DNA of 64,000 nucleotides from Octopus vulgaris (taxonomy: Eukaryota). Every line of letters starts with the position of its first letter. Position 1 is the first letter of the stretch. The stretch spans positions 152,334,001 through 152,398,000 of the forward strand of contig OX597815.1 of assembly GCA_951406725.2 (NCBI GenBank). Reading direction: 5' to 3'. The position numbers and the translations under genes are program-made. The notes under the pieces are model-generated. The model was not told the DNA's origin, searched no databases, and saw only the letters and a program-made list of their open reading frames with translations. This document shows, one piece after another, positions 50,561 to 63,874 of the stretch.

Positions 50561-51737
50561 ATAGTTACCCTGGTCTTGTTCCCTATATCTGTTACTGAAA
50601 TGACTGCTGACTTCTCATTTCAAACAGGTAGTTCGCTACTGTGCCTTTGCTCCAGTAGTTATTTCATAAATCAACATAGATTTTCTAGAAGGGCAACTTG
50701 CATCCTGGTTCCCTCCTTCCGTCATTTCTAGTGCCATGTAGCTCTTCTAATTGTTATGAGTTTCTTGTGGAGAATGCTCAACAGGTCCATAAAAAGTTCT
50801 CACACCTCTACCTTCATCTACCTTAAACTCTTAAGCTTCTGTACAAATTGATGGATTTTACTGGCTGTGTTACTCAAGATTTAGATAAGATTCACTAATT
50901 TCTTCTCCACCAGACTGAACATCTCAGCTGCTAGAACAATGATGGTGGTGGTGGCGGTGGTGGTCATCTGAATCAATGATACACATTAGCCTTAACCATC
51001 ACTTCCAAAATGGTGTCAGTGTCCTCATAAAAATGGAGTCCTATTTTGTTAGCTTGTGGCCACTTTGTCTGGTGATGTTCTGTCTCTTTGTGAGAATCTG
51101 GGGCTTGCAAAAACTGAAAGTAGTACATCCTATTGCCCTTTTGGTTTCTCAAACTGAGTGATATGCTCCTCATGAAAACTGATCAATATTCATTCTTAGA
51201 CCTATTTTCATCTAGGTTCACCTTGTCAATGCATCAATACTTTCTCTAAAATTAATGACTGTTTGTAATGGTTGGTGTATCATCATCCATCACTCAATAA
51301 ATGACATTAAATACAAACAGCCACCACTAAATGTATACCTTACTCAGCTACAAGGAGTTCCATGATGAGTGTTATATTTCAGTGTTCATTCAACCCACCC
51401 AATGCTATCACCATCATCATTATCGTTTAACATCCATCTTCCATGCTAGCATGGGTGGGATGGTACAACAAGAGCCGGCCAGGCTGAAGCCTGCACCAGA
51501 TTTCTGTGACTGTTTTGGTGCAGGCTTCAGCCTGGCTGGCTCTTGTGATACTGTCCCACCCATAACAATGAGTTCACAACTGAGGAACTGAACATATCTC
51601 TATGTTATATGAAGTGAAGTTGTTAATTAACTTCCAGTGATTCCTTAATTGTTTTGTGGCATTTAATTTACATCTGATATTTCATCTCAAAGTAACTGCA
51701 AATTTCATTAAATTTCCTGTTGAATTTTCCATTGCAG

Positions 51738-51969
51738 GAAATATCGAAAAGTTCTCAAGACAGCTCAGGAATATTTCAGAGAAATCATTGTATTTCAAAG
51801 AAGAAGATTTTAATTTGGCTGTGGACATTCATGAGAAAATGGTGCCGTTGATATCGAGGGTGTCCACAAATATAACTCTGAACAATATACTGCTTAGTAT
51901 TAACAATATGGAAGACACACCAGAGAGGATTTTGAATGGGGCAGAACAAGCTGGTAGAAGTGTCACCAG
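51738..51969 (+). CDS. Adhesion GPCR GAIN subdomain A exon: GNIEKFSRQLRNISEKSLYFKEEDFNLAVDIHEKMV...ILLSINNMEDTPERILNGAEQAGRSVTR
   Basis: ttgcAG acceptor, GTAATA donor, phase 1-2; helical GAIN-A pattern. Confidence 0.88.
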
Positions 51970-51996
51970 GTAATACTCAAATCATTTCTTGTTGCT

Positions 51997-52036
<40 letters not shown>

Positions 52037-52330
52037 CACCAGCAGCAACAGTGAACAGCATTAGGAGGAGGAGGAGAAGGAAGAAGAAGAAGAAGAAGAA
52101 GAAGAAGAAGAAGAAGAAGAAGCAGCAGCAGCAGCAGCAGTCATAACAACAGCAGCATAAACAATGAAATTAGTTGCATTAACACTGACAATAGCAAAAG
52201 CAAAAGTAGAGGAAACAACAGCAACATATCAACATTTGTTAATTGAAATTAGTGTAATTACACCTGTATTGAATTACGAATTTGAAAAATACACTGTTTA
52301 CTGAAAGTTATTTTCTTGATTTTCTTATAG

Positions 52331-52502
52331 AATGCTGGACATTATAGAAACGATCCCAGACCAGATTTCACTGGAAGAACAGCAAGTCACAGTTTTATAT
52401 TCTAATCTTGGTATTGGTGTTATCAAAGTGGAAAACGACACTTTCAATGGTTCTTCTTTTGGTGTTTTACCTGGAAATCCTGAAACTAAAGCCAAGACAT
52501 TG
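52331..52502 (+). CDS. Adhesion GPCR GAIN exon: RMLDIIETIPDQISLEEQQVTVLYSNLGIGVIKVENDTFNGSSFGVLPGNPETKAKTL
   Basis: cttatAG acceptor, GTACGA donor, phase 2-0; ..NL.......V....F.G..F motif of ADGRG-type GAIN domains. Confidence 0.88.
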
Positions 52503-52569
52503 GTACGATACTTTTTTCTGATTACTTTCTAACTAACTGTTTATTCTAATCATTCATGTTAATAAAATA

Positions 52570-53838
52570 TGAGGGTGAACTGAAAAGTTCATACATTCAC
52601 TATGAAGGAATTCATGAGAGAGCTGTGAAATCTTGCTTGCATTAATTTCAGGCTTTCTTATTAATAACTACATTGTTTCTTTCCAGGTAAACTGACATCT
52701 GACTGTTGAAAGAAAACTTCAAAAGTAACTAGTAGCAACAACAGATATGACATTATCATCACTGCAATACTCCTTCTCAGTCAACTGATTTTTTTATGTT
52801 GGGAAACATGATAGTCTGATGGGGCCAAATCAGGAAAATAGGGAGGGTGATCAACCAGTTCAAAGCCACCGTCATTAAACAACAGCCATTAAAACCAAGG
52901 ACTTGCATACTGGAGCATTGTACTGATGAAACAAGACCCCTTTCATCAGTTTTCCTGGACATTTGGTTTTCATAGCCTTTTGTAACTCCCTCAGAAAGTT
53001 GGCATAACACTCTCCATTGATGGTCCTTTTGAAGATAGTCAATAACCACAATGTCTTTTGCATCCCAAAAACTGAGGCCATTATCTTCCCTGCAGATGAA
53101 ACGACCTTGGCCTTGTTTGGAGCAGATGAGGAAGGGTGTTTCCACTGTATAGACTGTTTCTTTATCTCTGACTCAAAGCAGTGAACTCAACACTCATCCT
53201 GGCTTAGGAAATGTTCAACGAAACTAGCTCAATCTGCCTTGAACAGTGCCAGATTTTCCTGTGATGTAATCAACCTGGTGTGCTTTTGATCAGGTGTTAG
53301 AAGACGTAGCCCTCACCAAGCAGATACTTTCATCCTGCAAAGTTTGTTGAGCAGAATGTTCTCAACTTTTTCACAGGATATGCTAATAGCATTGGCTATT
53401 TGATTTATAGTCAATCGCCTGTCATCCGTCTGCATGTGGTAAGCATGATCAATGTTTTCCTCGGTGGTGGTAGTTACAAATGTTCAGAATTTAGGTCGTC
53501 TTCAAGACTCTCCCTGTCCATCCTGAATTCAGCTGCCCACTTTTGCATGGTGTCATCCTCTATATGTAGCAATTATGTCGATATGAATGTCCTTGGGTGC
53601 TAAAGACTTTTTCTACAGGTACATGATGTCACCATGATGCCAAATTTTGTCCATTTTCAAGAGAAGTCACAACTAGTTACTTTCAAAGTCTTCTTTGAAC
53701 AGTCAGATGTCAGTTTACCTAAAAAACAAAAAAAAAACAATGCCATTATTAAGAAGGGTTGAAATTAATGCATGCAAGGTTTCACAGATCTAGCCTCAAT
53801 CCTTTATAGTCAGCCTATAAACCTTTTAGCCAGCCTCA
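52570..53838 (-). mobile_element. Mariner (irritans-like) transposon remnant with long inverted ends
   Basis: MASVFWDAK..VIDYLQK, TINGECYANFL, GVLFHQYNAP and HPPYFPDLAPSD. 52570-52735 is imperfectly inverted at ~53670-53838. Confidence 0.8.
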
Positions 53839-54150
53839 GACATTAGAACAAAATATATCTTTATTGTCATATAGAGCTGTTATGATACATTATTTCACAC
53901 AGCTTACAATTCAAATGCAAAATTATATATATATAAGCAATAATAAATCTCTGAACGAGATATAAACAGTAACCACTCGACAACGTAAGGTGTACTAGCC
54001 ATCTGAATGTGGCTAGCCACTGGGGATGGGGTGTTACTGATGCTTTTAGCCCCAGGCGATCAACGTCACCAGATGGACTTTAGACACTATCTCAGTGCCC
54101 TTGTGTTATTTGTAAAGGGAGGTCATCCTCCCTCGAAAACCTAAGTACTA

Positions 54151-54195
54151 CATACGGACTATAGTTTCAAGGTAATTGCCTCTCGTCAACGCATG
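54151..54195 (-). ncRNA. Minimal type I hammerhead ribozyme, copy 1
   Basis: CATGCG-TTGACGA-GAGG caatta CCTT-GAAA-C TATA G-TC-CGTATG on the minus strand. Confidence 0.75.
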
Positions 54196-54486
54196 GTAAG
54201 CACCGGTCTTCGATGAAGGAGTCCCCTTGCAAATAATATATAACGTTTTTCACAGCAACCACTGTCACTGATTTAGAAAAACTGTCTGAAAGCAATAATA
54301 AATCTCTGAACGAGATATAAACAGTAACCGCTCAACAACGTAAGGTATACTAGCCACTGGGGGTGGGGTGTTACTGATGCTTTTAGCCCCAGGCGATCAA
54401 CGTCACCAGATGGACTTTAGACACTATCTCAGTGCCCTTGTGTTATTTGCAAAGGGAGGTCATCTTCCTCGAAGACCTAAGTACTA

Positions 54487-54531
54487 TATACGGACTATAG
54501 TTTCAAGGTAATTGCCTCTCGTCAACGCATG
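54487..54531 (-). ncRNA. Minimal type I hammerhead ribozyme, copy 2
   Basis: Same core as copy 1, with one mismatch at the distal end of stem I. Confidence 0.72.
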
Positions 54532-54812
54532 GTAAGCACCGGTCTTCGATGAAGGAGTCCCCTTGCAAATAATATATAACGTTTTTCACAGCAACCACTG
54601 TCACTGATTTAGAAAAACTGTCTGAAAGCAATAATAAATCTCTGAATGAGATATAAACAGTAACCGCTCAACAACGTAAGGTGTACTAGCCATCTGAATG
54701 TGGCTAGCCGCTGGGGGTGGGGTGTTACTGATGCTATCAGTGACAGTGGTTGCTGTGAAAAACGTTATATATTATTTGCAAGGGGACTCCTTCATCGAAG
54801 ACCGGTGCTTAC

Positions 54813-54857
54813 CATGCGTTAATGAGAGGCAATTACCTTGAAACTATAGTCCGTATG
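54813..54857 (+). ncRNA. Hammerhead copy 3, core mutated (TTAATGA, G5A), probably inactive
   Basis: Same fold, but the invariant G5 is replaced by A. Confidence 0.6.
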
Positions 54858-55167
54858 TAGTACTTAGGTCTTCGAGGGAGGATGACCTCCCTTTGCAAAT
54901 AACACAAGAGCACTGAGATAGTGTCTAAAGTCCATCTGGTGACGTTGATCGCCTGGGGCTAAAAGCATCAGTAACACCCCACCCCCAGTGGCTAGCCACA
55001 TTCAGATGGCTAGTACACCTTACGTTGTCGAGCGGTTACTGTTTATATCTCGTTCAGAGATTTATTATTGCTTTCAGACAGTTTTTCTAAATCAGTGACA
55101 GTGGTTGCTGTGAAAAACGTTATATATTATTTGCAAGGGGACTCCTTCATCGAAGACCGGTGCTTAC

Positions 55168-55212
55168 CATGCGTTGACGAGAGGCAATTACCTTGAAACT
55201 ATAGTCCGTATG
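55168..55212 (+). ncRNA. Minimal type I hammerhead ribozyme, copy 4 (sense to the host gene intron)
   Basis: CATGCG TTGACGA GAGGCAATTACCTT GAAA CTATAG TC CGTATG; predicted cleavage after GUC at 55206. Confidence 0.75.
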
Positions 55213-55381
55213 TAGTACTTAGGTTTTCGAGGGAGGATGACCTCCCTTTGCAAATAACACAAGGGCACTGAGATAGTGTCTAAAGTCCATCTGGTGATGT
55301 TGATCACCTGGGGCTAAAAGCATCAGTAACACCCCCACCCCCAGTGGCTAGCCACATTCAGATGGCTAGTACACCTTACGT

Positions 55382-55480
<99 letters not shown>

Positions 55481-56288
55481 TCGTCATCATCATTTAGCGT
55501 CCGCTTTCCATGCTAGCATTGGTTGGACGGTTCGACTTTGCCTTTCATCCTTTCAGGGTCGATAAATTAAGTACCAGTTACGCACTGGGGTCGATGTAAT
55601 CGACTTAATACCTATGTCTGTCCTTGTTTATCCCCTCTATGTGTAACCCCTTGTGGGTAATAAAGAAACAGGCATTTCGTCTGCTGCTACTTTCTAAGTT
55701 CAAATTCCGCCGAGGTCGACTTAGCCTTTATCCTTTCAGGGTCGATTAAATAAGTATCAGGTATGCACTGGGGTCGATATAATTGACCTGATTCCTTGTT
55801 TGTCTCCTCTATGTTTAGCCCCTGTGGGCAATAAAGAAATAAATGCATTGGGGTCAAGAAGACCTGTCAATATCAGCTAAAATGAGGTCCTAAAAGCAAG
55901 TCATTAATGTCTATGCCCCCCCACAGCTCATCATCGTTACATCCATCCCCCATAATCTCATAGATATAGCACTATTTCCTCAGATGCTGTAATTATACGG
56001 GAGCAGAATTCCTTTGTCACCCATCTAGCACTCTTAACATCATCTTTTACCACTTATTATTTTCTTCTAAAAATCCTCTCGTATCTCTCACCGACATCCC
56101 CCTACCTCTTTCTGTCACCCACTATATCTATCCCTAACATACCTCTCGCCTCCATTTCTAGCTCTGTGCATCTTTTCCTTCTCCAGTAGTAGTGGTGGTG
56201 GTGGTGTTAGTAGTAGTATTAGTAGTAGCAGCAGCAGCAGTAGTAGTTATTTATTAATTTCGATTTTCCTTTCACTTTCCTTTGTCAG

Positions 56289-56432
56289 ATATACAACTCC
56301 TCACAGCCAGAAGATACAATGAAGATCTCCATTTCATTGCCAAGGAGTTTATTTCAACATCTGAAAAGTGAAGAACAATCATCCATTTCCCGAATTTCTT
56401 TTTTCTTCATTGAGGATGATAAACTATACAAG
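56289..56432 (+). CDS. Adhesion GPCR GAIN exon: IYNSSQPEDTMKISISLPRSLFQHLKSEEQSSISRISFFFIEDDKLYK
   Basis: tttgtcAG acceptor, GTATGG donor, phase 0-0; SI.LP.SL...R..F..F....L(F/Y) GAIN motif. Confidence 0.9.
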
Positions 56433-59088
56433 GTATGGAACAAACATGGGAAATTCTTCTTCAAACTGATTAAAGAATGCTTGAATTCATACTTTTTGAT
56501 AATTGAGGAAACAATACTAATATAACACAACTACATGGTTCTGGGTTCAGCTCTGCTGTGTGCTACCTTGGGCAAGTGTCTTCAACTACAGACTCAGGCC
56601 AACCAAAGCCTTGTGAGTGGATTTGTTGGACGGAAACTGAAAAAAATAACCTATCATGTATGGATATGTGTGTGTGTGTGTGCATGTGTGCATGTATGTG
56701 CATGTGAGTGTGTGTGTGTGCACATGCATGCGTGTGTGTGTTGTATGTGTATGTATGGGCATGCATGTGTATGTGTGTATGTGTGCATATGTGTGTGCAT
56801 GCATCTGTGTTGTGTATGCACAGGTTGTGTGCTGTGTATGTGCAGGTTGTGTGTGTGTGTGTGTGCACAGGTTGTGTGTGTGTGTATGTGCATGCATGTA
56901 TATATGTGTGTGTGCTGTGTGTGTTGCATGTGTGCATGTGTGTGAGTATGCATTCATGCATATGTGTGTGTCTTCACGTGTGTGTGTTGCATGTGTTTTG
57001 TTTGTGTGTGTGTCTTTGTGTCAGTTTTTGTCCCCTGCAACTTCTTGACAAGCGGCATTGAAGTATTTACGCCCCTGTAACTTAGTGGTTTGGCCAAAGA
57101 ACAGAACAAATATCATGAAGCCCTGCGATTTACACATCAGCATCATCATCACCATCAACATCATCACTATCATCAACATCAACATCATCACCATCATCAC
57201 CATCATCATCATCATCATCATCATCATATAATGTTCATTGTCCATGCTGGCTTTGGTTGCATGGTTTGACCAGGGCTGGTAAACTTGAAGAATTCGCCAG
57301 GCTCCAGTCTGATACTGGATGCCCTTCCTAAAACCAACCACTCTGAGAGTGTAATGGGTGTTTCTACATGCCACCAGCATGGGTGCCTATTGTGTGACAC
57401 TGGCATCTGCCATAACTGCAATTTTGCTTGGCTTGATGGGTCTTCTCCTCAAGCATGACATAACGCCAAAGGTCTTGGTCATTGCCTCCATGAGGCCCAA
57501 TGCTTGAAAGGAACTCAGCCACTTTGTCTCCATGAGGTCCAACACTCAAAGGGAACTCAACCACTTTGTGTCCATGAGGCCCAACACTCAAAGTGAACTC
57601 AGCCACTTTGTCTCCATGAGGCCCAATGCTTGAAAGGAACTCGGCCACTTTGTCTCCATGAGGCCCTATGCCTGAAAGAAACTCAGCCACTTTGTCTCCA
57701 TGAGGCCCAACACTCAAAGGGAACTCAGCCACTTTGTCTCCATGAGGCCCATCACTCAAAGGGAACTCAGTAACTTTGTCTCAATGAGGCCCTATGCCTG
57801 AAAGAAACTCAGCCACTTTGTCTCCATGAGGCCCAACATGCAAAGGGAACTCAGCCACTTTGTCTCCATGAGGCCCAACACTCAAATGGAACTCAGCCAC
57901 TTTGTCTCCATGAGGCCCAACACTCAAAGGGAACTCAGCCACTTTGTCTCAATGAGGCCCAATGCCTGAAAGGAACTCAGCCACTTTGTCTCCATGGGAC
58001 CCAACATGCAAAGGGAACTCAGCCACTTTGTCTCCATGAGGCCCAACACTCAAAGGGAACTCAACCACTTTGTCTCCATGAGGCCCAACACTCAAAGGGA
58101 ACTCAGCCCCTTAGCCGTTGACCAAAAATTCTTCAAGGTTGTGCTGTGCCTGGCTGTGGACTAATGACTGAAACAAGCAAAAGACAAATGATAAAATGAT
58201 GAAAGGTGTATATGTGTGTGTGTTTGTATGTGTATGTGTGTGTACGTGTACCATTAATAATGCATATACAAACTCAGAACAGCACTTGTCCCTCTTCTAA
58301 GGGACTTGGTGTGTTAGAAACACATCTCACTCAGAAGTGACATCAACAAATCAATTGATATCTGAATGTTGGTCTGTTTTGGACCCCACAGCAACAAATA
58401 CTCCAGACATCCTTAGTTTATTCAGGATCTTTGTTCCAATATAAATATATCAACAAACAAAACATTCACTGATTTATTCAGGAGTTGGCTGGGTTTAAAT
58501 TCAATCAATACATACACTTGAAACAGCTGTAGAGTAAAATAATTATATTTTTAACATTTATGAATTAAATGCAAATGCAGAATAGGTCAAGTTATAATAT
58601 TTTGTCATTAGGACCCTACGTTATAACACATCAAGTCCCTTAAGAGAAATTTCTTTGAGACACACATACACACATGCACACATGCACAAACACACTCACT
58701 TTCCCCCACACTCTCTTTCTTTCTTCCTCTCCCTCTCTCACACTCACACAGGTACAGGCACACACAGGCATACACACACACACACACATAAAAACATATA
58801 ATGTCAACATTGTTTTAAGATTCATTTTTCCATGCTTGTGAAGGCTAGGCAGGATTCCTTGAGCCTGATTTCCAGTTGATAAGCCTCTCTTGTTTCAAAC
58901 AAAGTAGTCTTTCCTTGTGGCTAGACATGTCCTCATGCAAAACTGGAAACAAAGAACACCACTTATATGACCATGATGTTTTATCCCTAGCATATCAACT
59001 CTTCAAAACTATAAAGCTACCATTCCAGATTCTTTTGGAAAATATTCAACTCAATCATATTCCCCATGATCCAGATGACATTTCCAGT

Positions 59089-59972
59089 ATGCCTAAAGCT
59101 ACAAAGCTTTGTGAAATTAAACAAGAGAAGATCCTTGCTCTGAAAGTGAAAGGAATGAGTAACCGGAAGATTGCCGAGAAGATTCAGCAAAGCAGAACAC
59201 TAGTGGACAATTTTCTGAAGATCCTGATAGCTACTACAAGGCTCATGCTGGTGGACCTCCCAAGGCTATATCAGAAAAGGATGAAAGGGTTATTGTCAGA
59301 GTTGTGAAGAAGTCATGCTGCTCTTCTGTTTTCAAAATCAAAACATCAGCCTTGATATCCACCATATGAAGAGTGATTTTGAACCCTGGTTTCCACCCGT
59401 ATAAGTGGTTAGGACATCCGTTATTGTCCCCTTCCCACAAAGCTGTTACACTGAAGTTTGCTAGGCCGCATCAGTGGGATGGTAAATGGACCAGGGTTCT
59501 GTTCTCTGGTGAGAAAAAATGGAATTTGGACAGCGATGACGGTTATAAATATTACTGGGCAGGTAAATGTATTAGAGGAGATCTTATGGTATGGGGAGCA
59601 ATAGCTGCCACTGGGAAGCTGCCACTTGTCATCAAGGATGGCCATTTCAATGCTGTGTGATACATCGATATGTTGGATGGAGCTGACATCGACAAAGAAG
59701 GAAGAAAGCTGTGTGGAGAAAACTTCATATTTCAAGAGGACAACGCTCCTATTCATAAAACGAAGGCATCTCTAGACTTCCTTCATGCAATCGGGGTTGA
59801 AGTCATGACATGGTCAGCAAGAAGTCCTGACCTTAATCCCCTAGAGAATGCCTGGGGTTATCTCATGAACGTTGTGTACTGTGAAGGCAAACAGTATTCA
59901 TCTGTTGGTGAACTCAAAATGACAATAAAGAAGGCCTGGAAAGATCTTTTACTGGTCTGCAGCAGAAGATGA
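59089..59972 (+). mobile_element. Tc1/Tc3-like transposase remnant (mirror of 36387-37271)
   Basis: WTRVLFSGEKKWNLDSDDG, FQEDNAPIH and SPDLNPLENAW. Confidence 0.88.
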
Positions 59973-60415
59973 TTGAGAGCCTGAAATCACATGTTTTTGA
60001 AGTAATTCAGAAAGGTGACGGTCAGACACACTATTGTTGATGTATTGCATGAGAATATCATTGAAATATATCATAATTTCCCCATTTTGCATCATTTTTG
60101 CAACATTATTCAACCTGGCATTATAGTTTTGTACACAGGGTTTCTGACTTTGTATGTTTTTTTTAATTATTGTCTTATTTGCTTTTGGATTTCAATAAAT
60201 TTAAAGACTGCAATGGCTTCTTCTAGTCCATTTCCTATTTAGAGGGGAATTTCATGAATTTGTGTTGTGTATTTTACCAGAAAAGAAAAAAGGACTGTGT
60301 TCTGGCTTTATAGCTTTGAACAGCAGTTTACAACAACACAGATGTTTCATACTTTAAAAATGCATTGAACTCTTCTATTGGATAAATTAGTTTATTTGAT
60401 GACTTCTCTTTACAG

Positions 60416-60544
60416 GTGATACAAACATCTTCTACCAAAGAATATAACAAAAGTACCAGTCATATTATTTCCGCAAATATTCCTAACATTCAGATAACTA
60501 ACCTCAATGAACCAGTAACCGTATCATTCAGTTCAGTATATCAG
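60416..60544 (+). CDS. Adhesion GPCR GAIN exon: VIQTSSTKEYNKSTSHIISANIPNIQITNLNEPVTVSFSSVYQ
   Basis: ctctttacAG acceptor, GTAACA donor, phase 0-0. Confidence 0.9.
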
Positions 60545-61492
60545 GTAACAGCTAAGTATTATATTTGTAATAGCTGTTGTTTGTGTTGTTGTAAATGTTG
60601 TCAATGTTTTATTTGAAGGCTCTCTCTGATTCCTCCCGAATAAAATATAGACCACAGCCAGCAGCAGGAGCATAAATGCATTAATATTTGCAGTGATTAA
60701 GGCAGTGAGCTGGCAGAAACATTAGCATGCCGGGCAAAATGCTTAGTGGTATTTCGTCTGTCTTTACGTTCTGAGTTCAAATTCCGCTGAGGTCGACTTT
60801 GCTTTTCATCCTTTCAGGGTCGATAAATTAAGTACCAGTTGCATACTGGGGTTGATCTAATCAACTGGCCCCCTCCACACAAATTTCAGGCCTTGTGCCT
60901 AAAGTAAAAAAGAATATGTGTTATGATTAAGGCAGCAAACTGGCAGAAACGTTAGCACACTGGGCAAAATGCTTAGTAGTATTTCGTCTGTCTTTACATT
61001 CCGAGTTCAATTTCTGCCATGGTCGACTTTGCTTTTCAGGGTCGATAAATTAAGTACTAGTTGCATATTGGGGTCGATCTAATTGACTGGCCCCCTCCCC
61101 ACAAAATTTTGGGCCTTTTGCCTAGAGTAGAAAAAAGAAATTTTGCTGTGAATGTAGTTGAGTTTAGCTTTCAGTATCATCTGTGCTCTGATCCCTGATA
61201 TACATAGGTAGTCTCTGTTAAACAAGGTACAATGCACGAATCTAGAGTTCCAGAAACATCATCTTCACTTCGTTGAGGGATATACTCCACATTTCCATAT
61301 ATACGAGAGTTTGCTGAAAAGTTCCTGGATTTGGGTAAAAGGAGGATTGGTTAATTACGATCTTATTCTATATATTCCCCTCCCAGATTCACACACTTAT
61401 TGCAGCAGTACTTCAGATTTTTCTAAGAATTTGGAAAGTTGGGCCTCCAATCAGGCCTTTCACAATACCCTTAAAACCAGGAATATATATAT

Positions 61493-61535
<43 letters not shown>

Positions 61536-61551
61536 TAGATAGATAGATAGA

Positions 61552-61595
<44 letters not shown>

Positions 61596-62638
61596 CATAC
61601 ATACATACATGCATCATCATCATCATCATCAAAATCATCGTTTAACGTCTGTTTTCTATGTTAGCATGGGGTGGACGGTTTGACCAGGGTCTGGGAAGCC
61701 AGGAGGCTGCACCAGGCTCCAGTCTGATCTGGCAGTGTTTCTACAGCTGGATACCCTTTCTAATGCCAACCACTCCGTGAGTGTAGTGAGTGCTTTTTAC
61801 GTGCCACTGGTACAGGTGCCAGGGAAGGCTGGCAGTGGCCACAATTGGTTGGTGCTTTTTACGTGCCTCTGGCACAGGTATCACAACTAGAATTTCCATT
61901 TGATATATATTTTGATGATGTATTTGACTCAGTAGGTCTCCTCAAGCACAGCAGGTTGCCTTATGATCCAAAGTAAGCACAGCAAGCCGTTCTACGATCC
62001 AAGATACTTTGGATGGGCTGGGGCTGCTATGTGAAACTGGTGCAGGAAACAGCCATGTACTCATGTTATTTGTTGAGTCTTCACAGTTACAGCATATCTC
62101 CAGAGATCTCAGTCTTTTGTCATTGCCCCTGTGAGGCCCAAGGTTCAAAGGTCATGCTTGACCACTTCATCTCATGTTTTTCTGGGTCTACCTCTACCCC
62201 GGATTCCTTCAACTGTTTGGGATGGCACTTCTTCACACATCTCTCCTCATCCATCCATAGTTCATGACCATACCAGTGCAAACATCTCTTTTGCATGCCA
62301 CATCCGATGCTTCTTATGTCAAGCATTTCTGTGAGGGCACTTACACTCTGTCGTGTGTGCACACTGACATTACACATCCAGCGGATCATGCTAGCTTCAT
62401 TTCTTTCAAGCCTACGCATGTTTCCCTACCATGAAGCATGGCAGTTCACACACATGTGTCGTACAATCTACCTTTCTCTCTGAGTAAGAGACCCTTTGTC
62501 ACCAGTAGGGGTAGAAGCTTTCTAAACTTTGCCTAGGCTGTTCGTATTTTAGTGGTGACACTCTCTGAGCATCCACCTTGACTACTAACTTGGTCACCTA
62601 GGTAGCGGAAACTATCAACTACTTCTAGTTTCTCCCCC

Positions 62639-62679
<41 letters not shown>

Positions 62680-63843
62680 TAGACATAGTGTAAGTACCTT
62701 GAGAGAGAAGTTGGACCTAAGAAGCATCAGTTGTGGTGTGCAAGAGAGACGTTTGCGCTGGTATGGCCATGTGGCGAGAATGGATGAAGATAGTTGTGTG
62801 AAAAAGTGCCACACCCTAGCGGTTGAGGGAACCTGTGGAAGAGGCAGACCCAGGAAAACCTGGGATGAGGTGGTGAAGCACGACCTTCGAACTTTTGGTC
62901 TCACCGAGGAAATGACTAGAGATCCGAGACCTTTGGAAGTATGCTGTGCGTGAGAAGACCCAGCAGGACAAGTGAGACCATAACCCATGGCCTCAGTCCA
63001 CTTATGCATACCTTTCCTTCTTGGGACACAAAACTCTACTTTTGAAGACCTGTTGAGGCAAGTGAAAATCAAAATCAAAAATCAAAATCGATCAACATGA
63101 ATGGAAATTGTAGCTGTGATACCAGTGCCGGTGGCACATAAGAGAACCATCCGAACGTGGCTGTTGCCAGCTCCACCCCGACTGGCTTCTGTGCCAGTGG
63201 CACATAAAAAGCATCATCCGATCATGGCCATTTGCCAGCCTCGCCTAGCCTCCGTGCCGGTGGCACGTAAAGAGCACCATCCGATCGTGGCTGTTTGCCA
63301 GCCTCGCCTGGCCTCCGTGTCGGTGGCACATAAAAAGCACCATCCGATCGTGGCCGTTTGCCAGCCTCGTCTGGCACGTAAAAAGCACCCACTACACTCA
63401 TGGAGTGGTTGGCGTTAGGAAGGGCATCCAGCCGTAGAAACATTGCCAGATCAGACTGGGCCTGGTGCAGCCTTCTGGCTTCCCAGACGCCAGTTGCACC
63501 ATCCAACCCATGCCAGCATGGAAAGCGGACACTAAACGATGATGATGATGATGATATATATATGTATATCTGTAAATGTAATATGTGACAATTATTCGGT
63601 AGCCATGATAAAGCTCTGAGTTTCGGATGTCGCGGTGGAAATCCATGCCCCCATCTCTTCAGTTATCCATCCATCTGAAAAAATTCTCTGTAATTTTCTC
63701 GAAAAGTTTCTAAGAGTATAGTTCCTATGATGATATAGGTATGTTTTTCATAGAATAATCGATGTAGTAGGCAGAATCCTCAACTGATGTGGCGATTTTC
63801 CAAAATAAGCTGTATTAGCCCTTAGGGAATAATAGCAGTGTAC

Positions 63844-63874
<31 letters not shown>

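Larger units (their letters stand above)
53935..55382. repeat. Array of ~355-bp units (2.3 direct, then ~1.9 inverted), each full unit with a hammerhead ribozyme; retrozyme/Penelope pLTR-like
   Basis: Units start at 53935, 54290 and 54626; orientation flips at 54735/54736; flanked by (TA)n on both sides. Confidence 0.92.
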
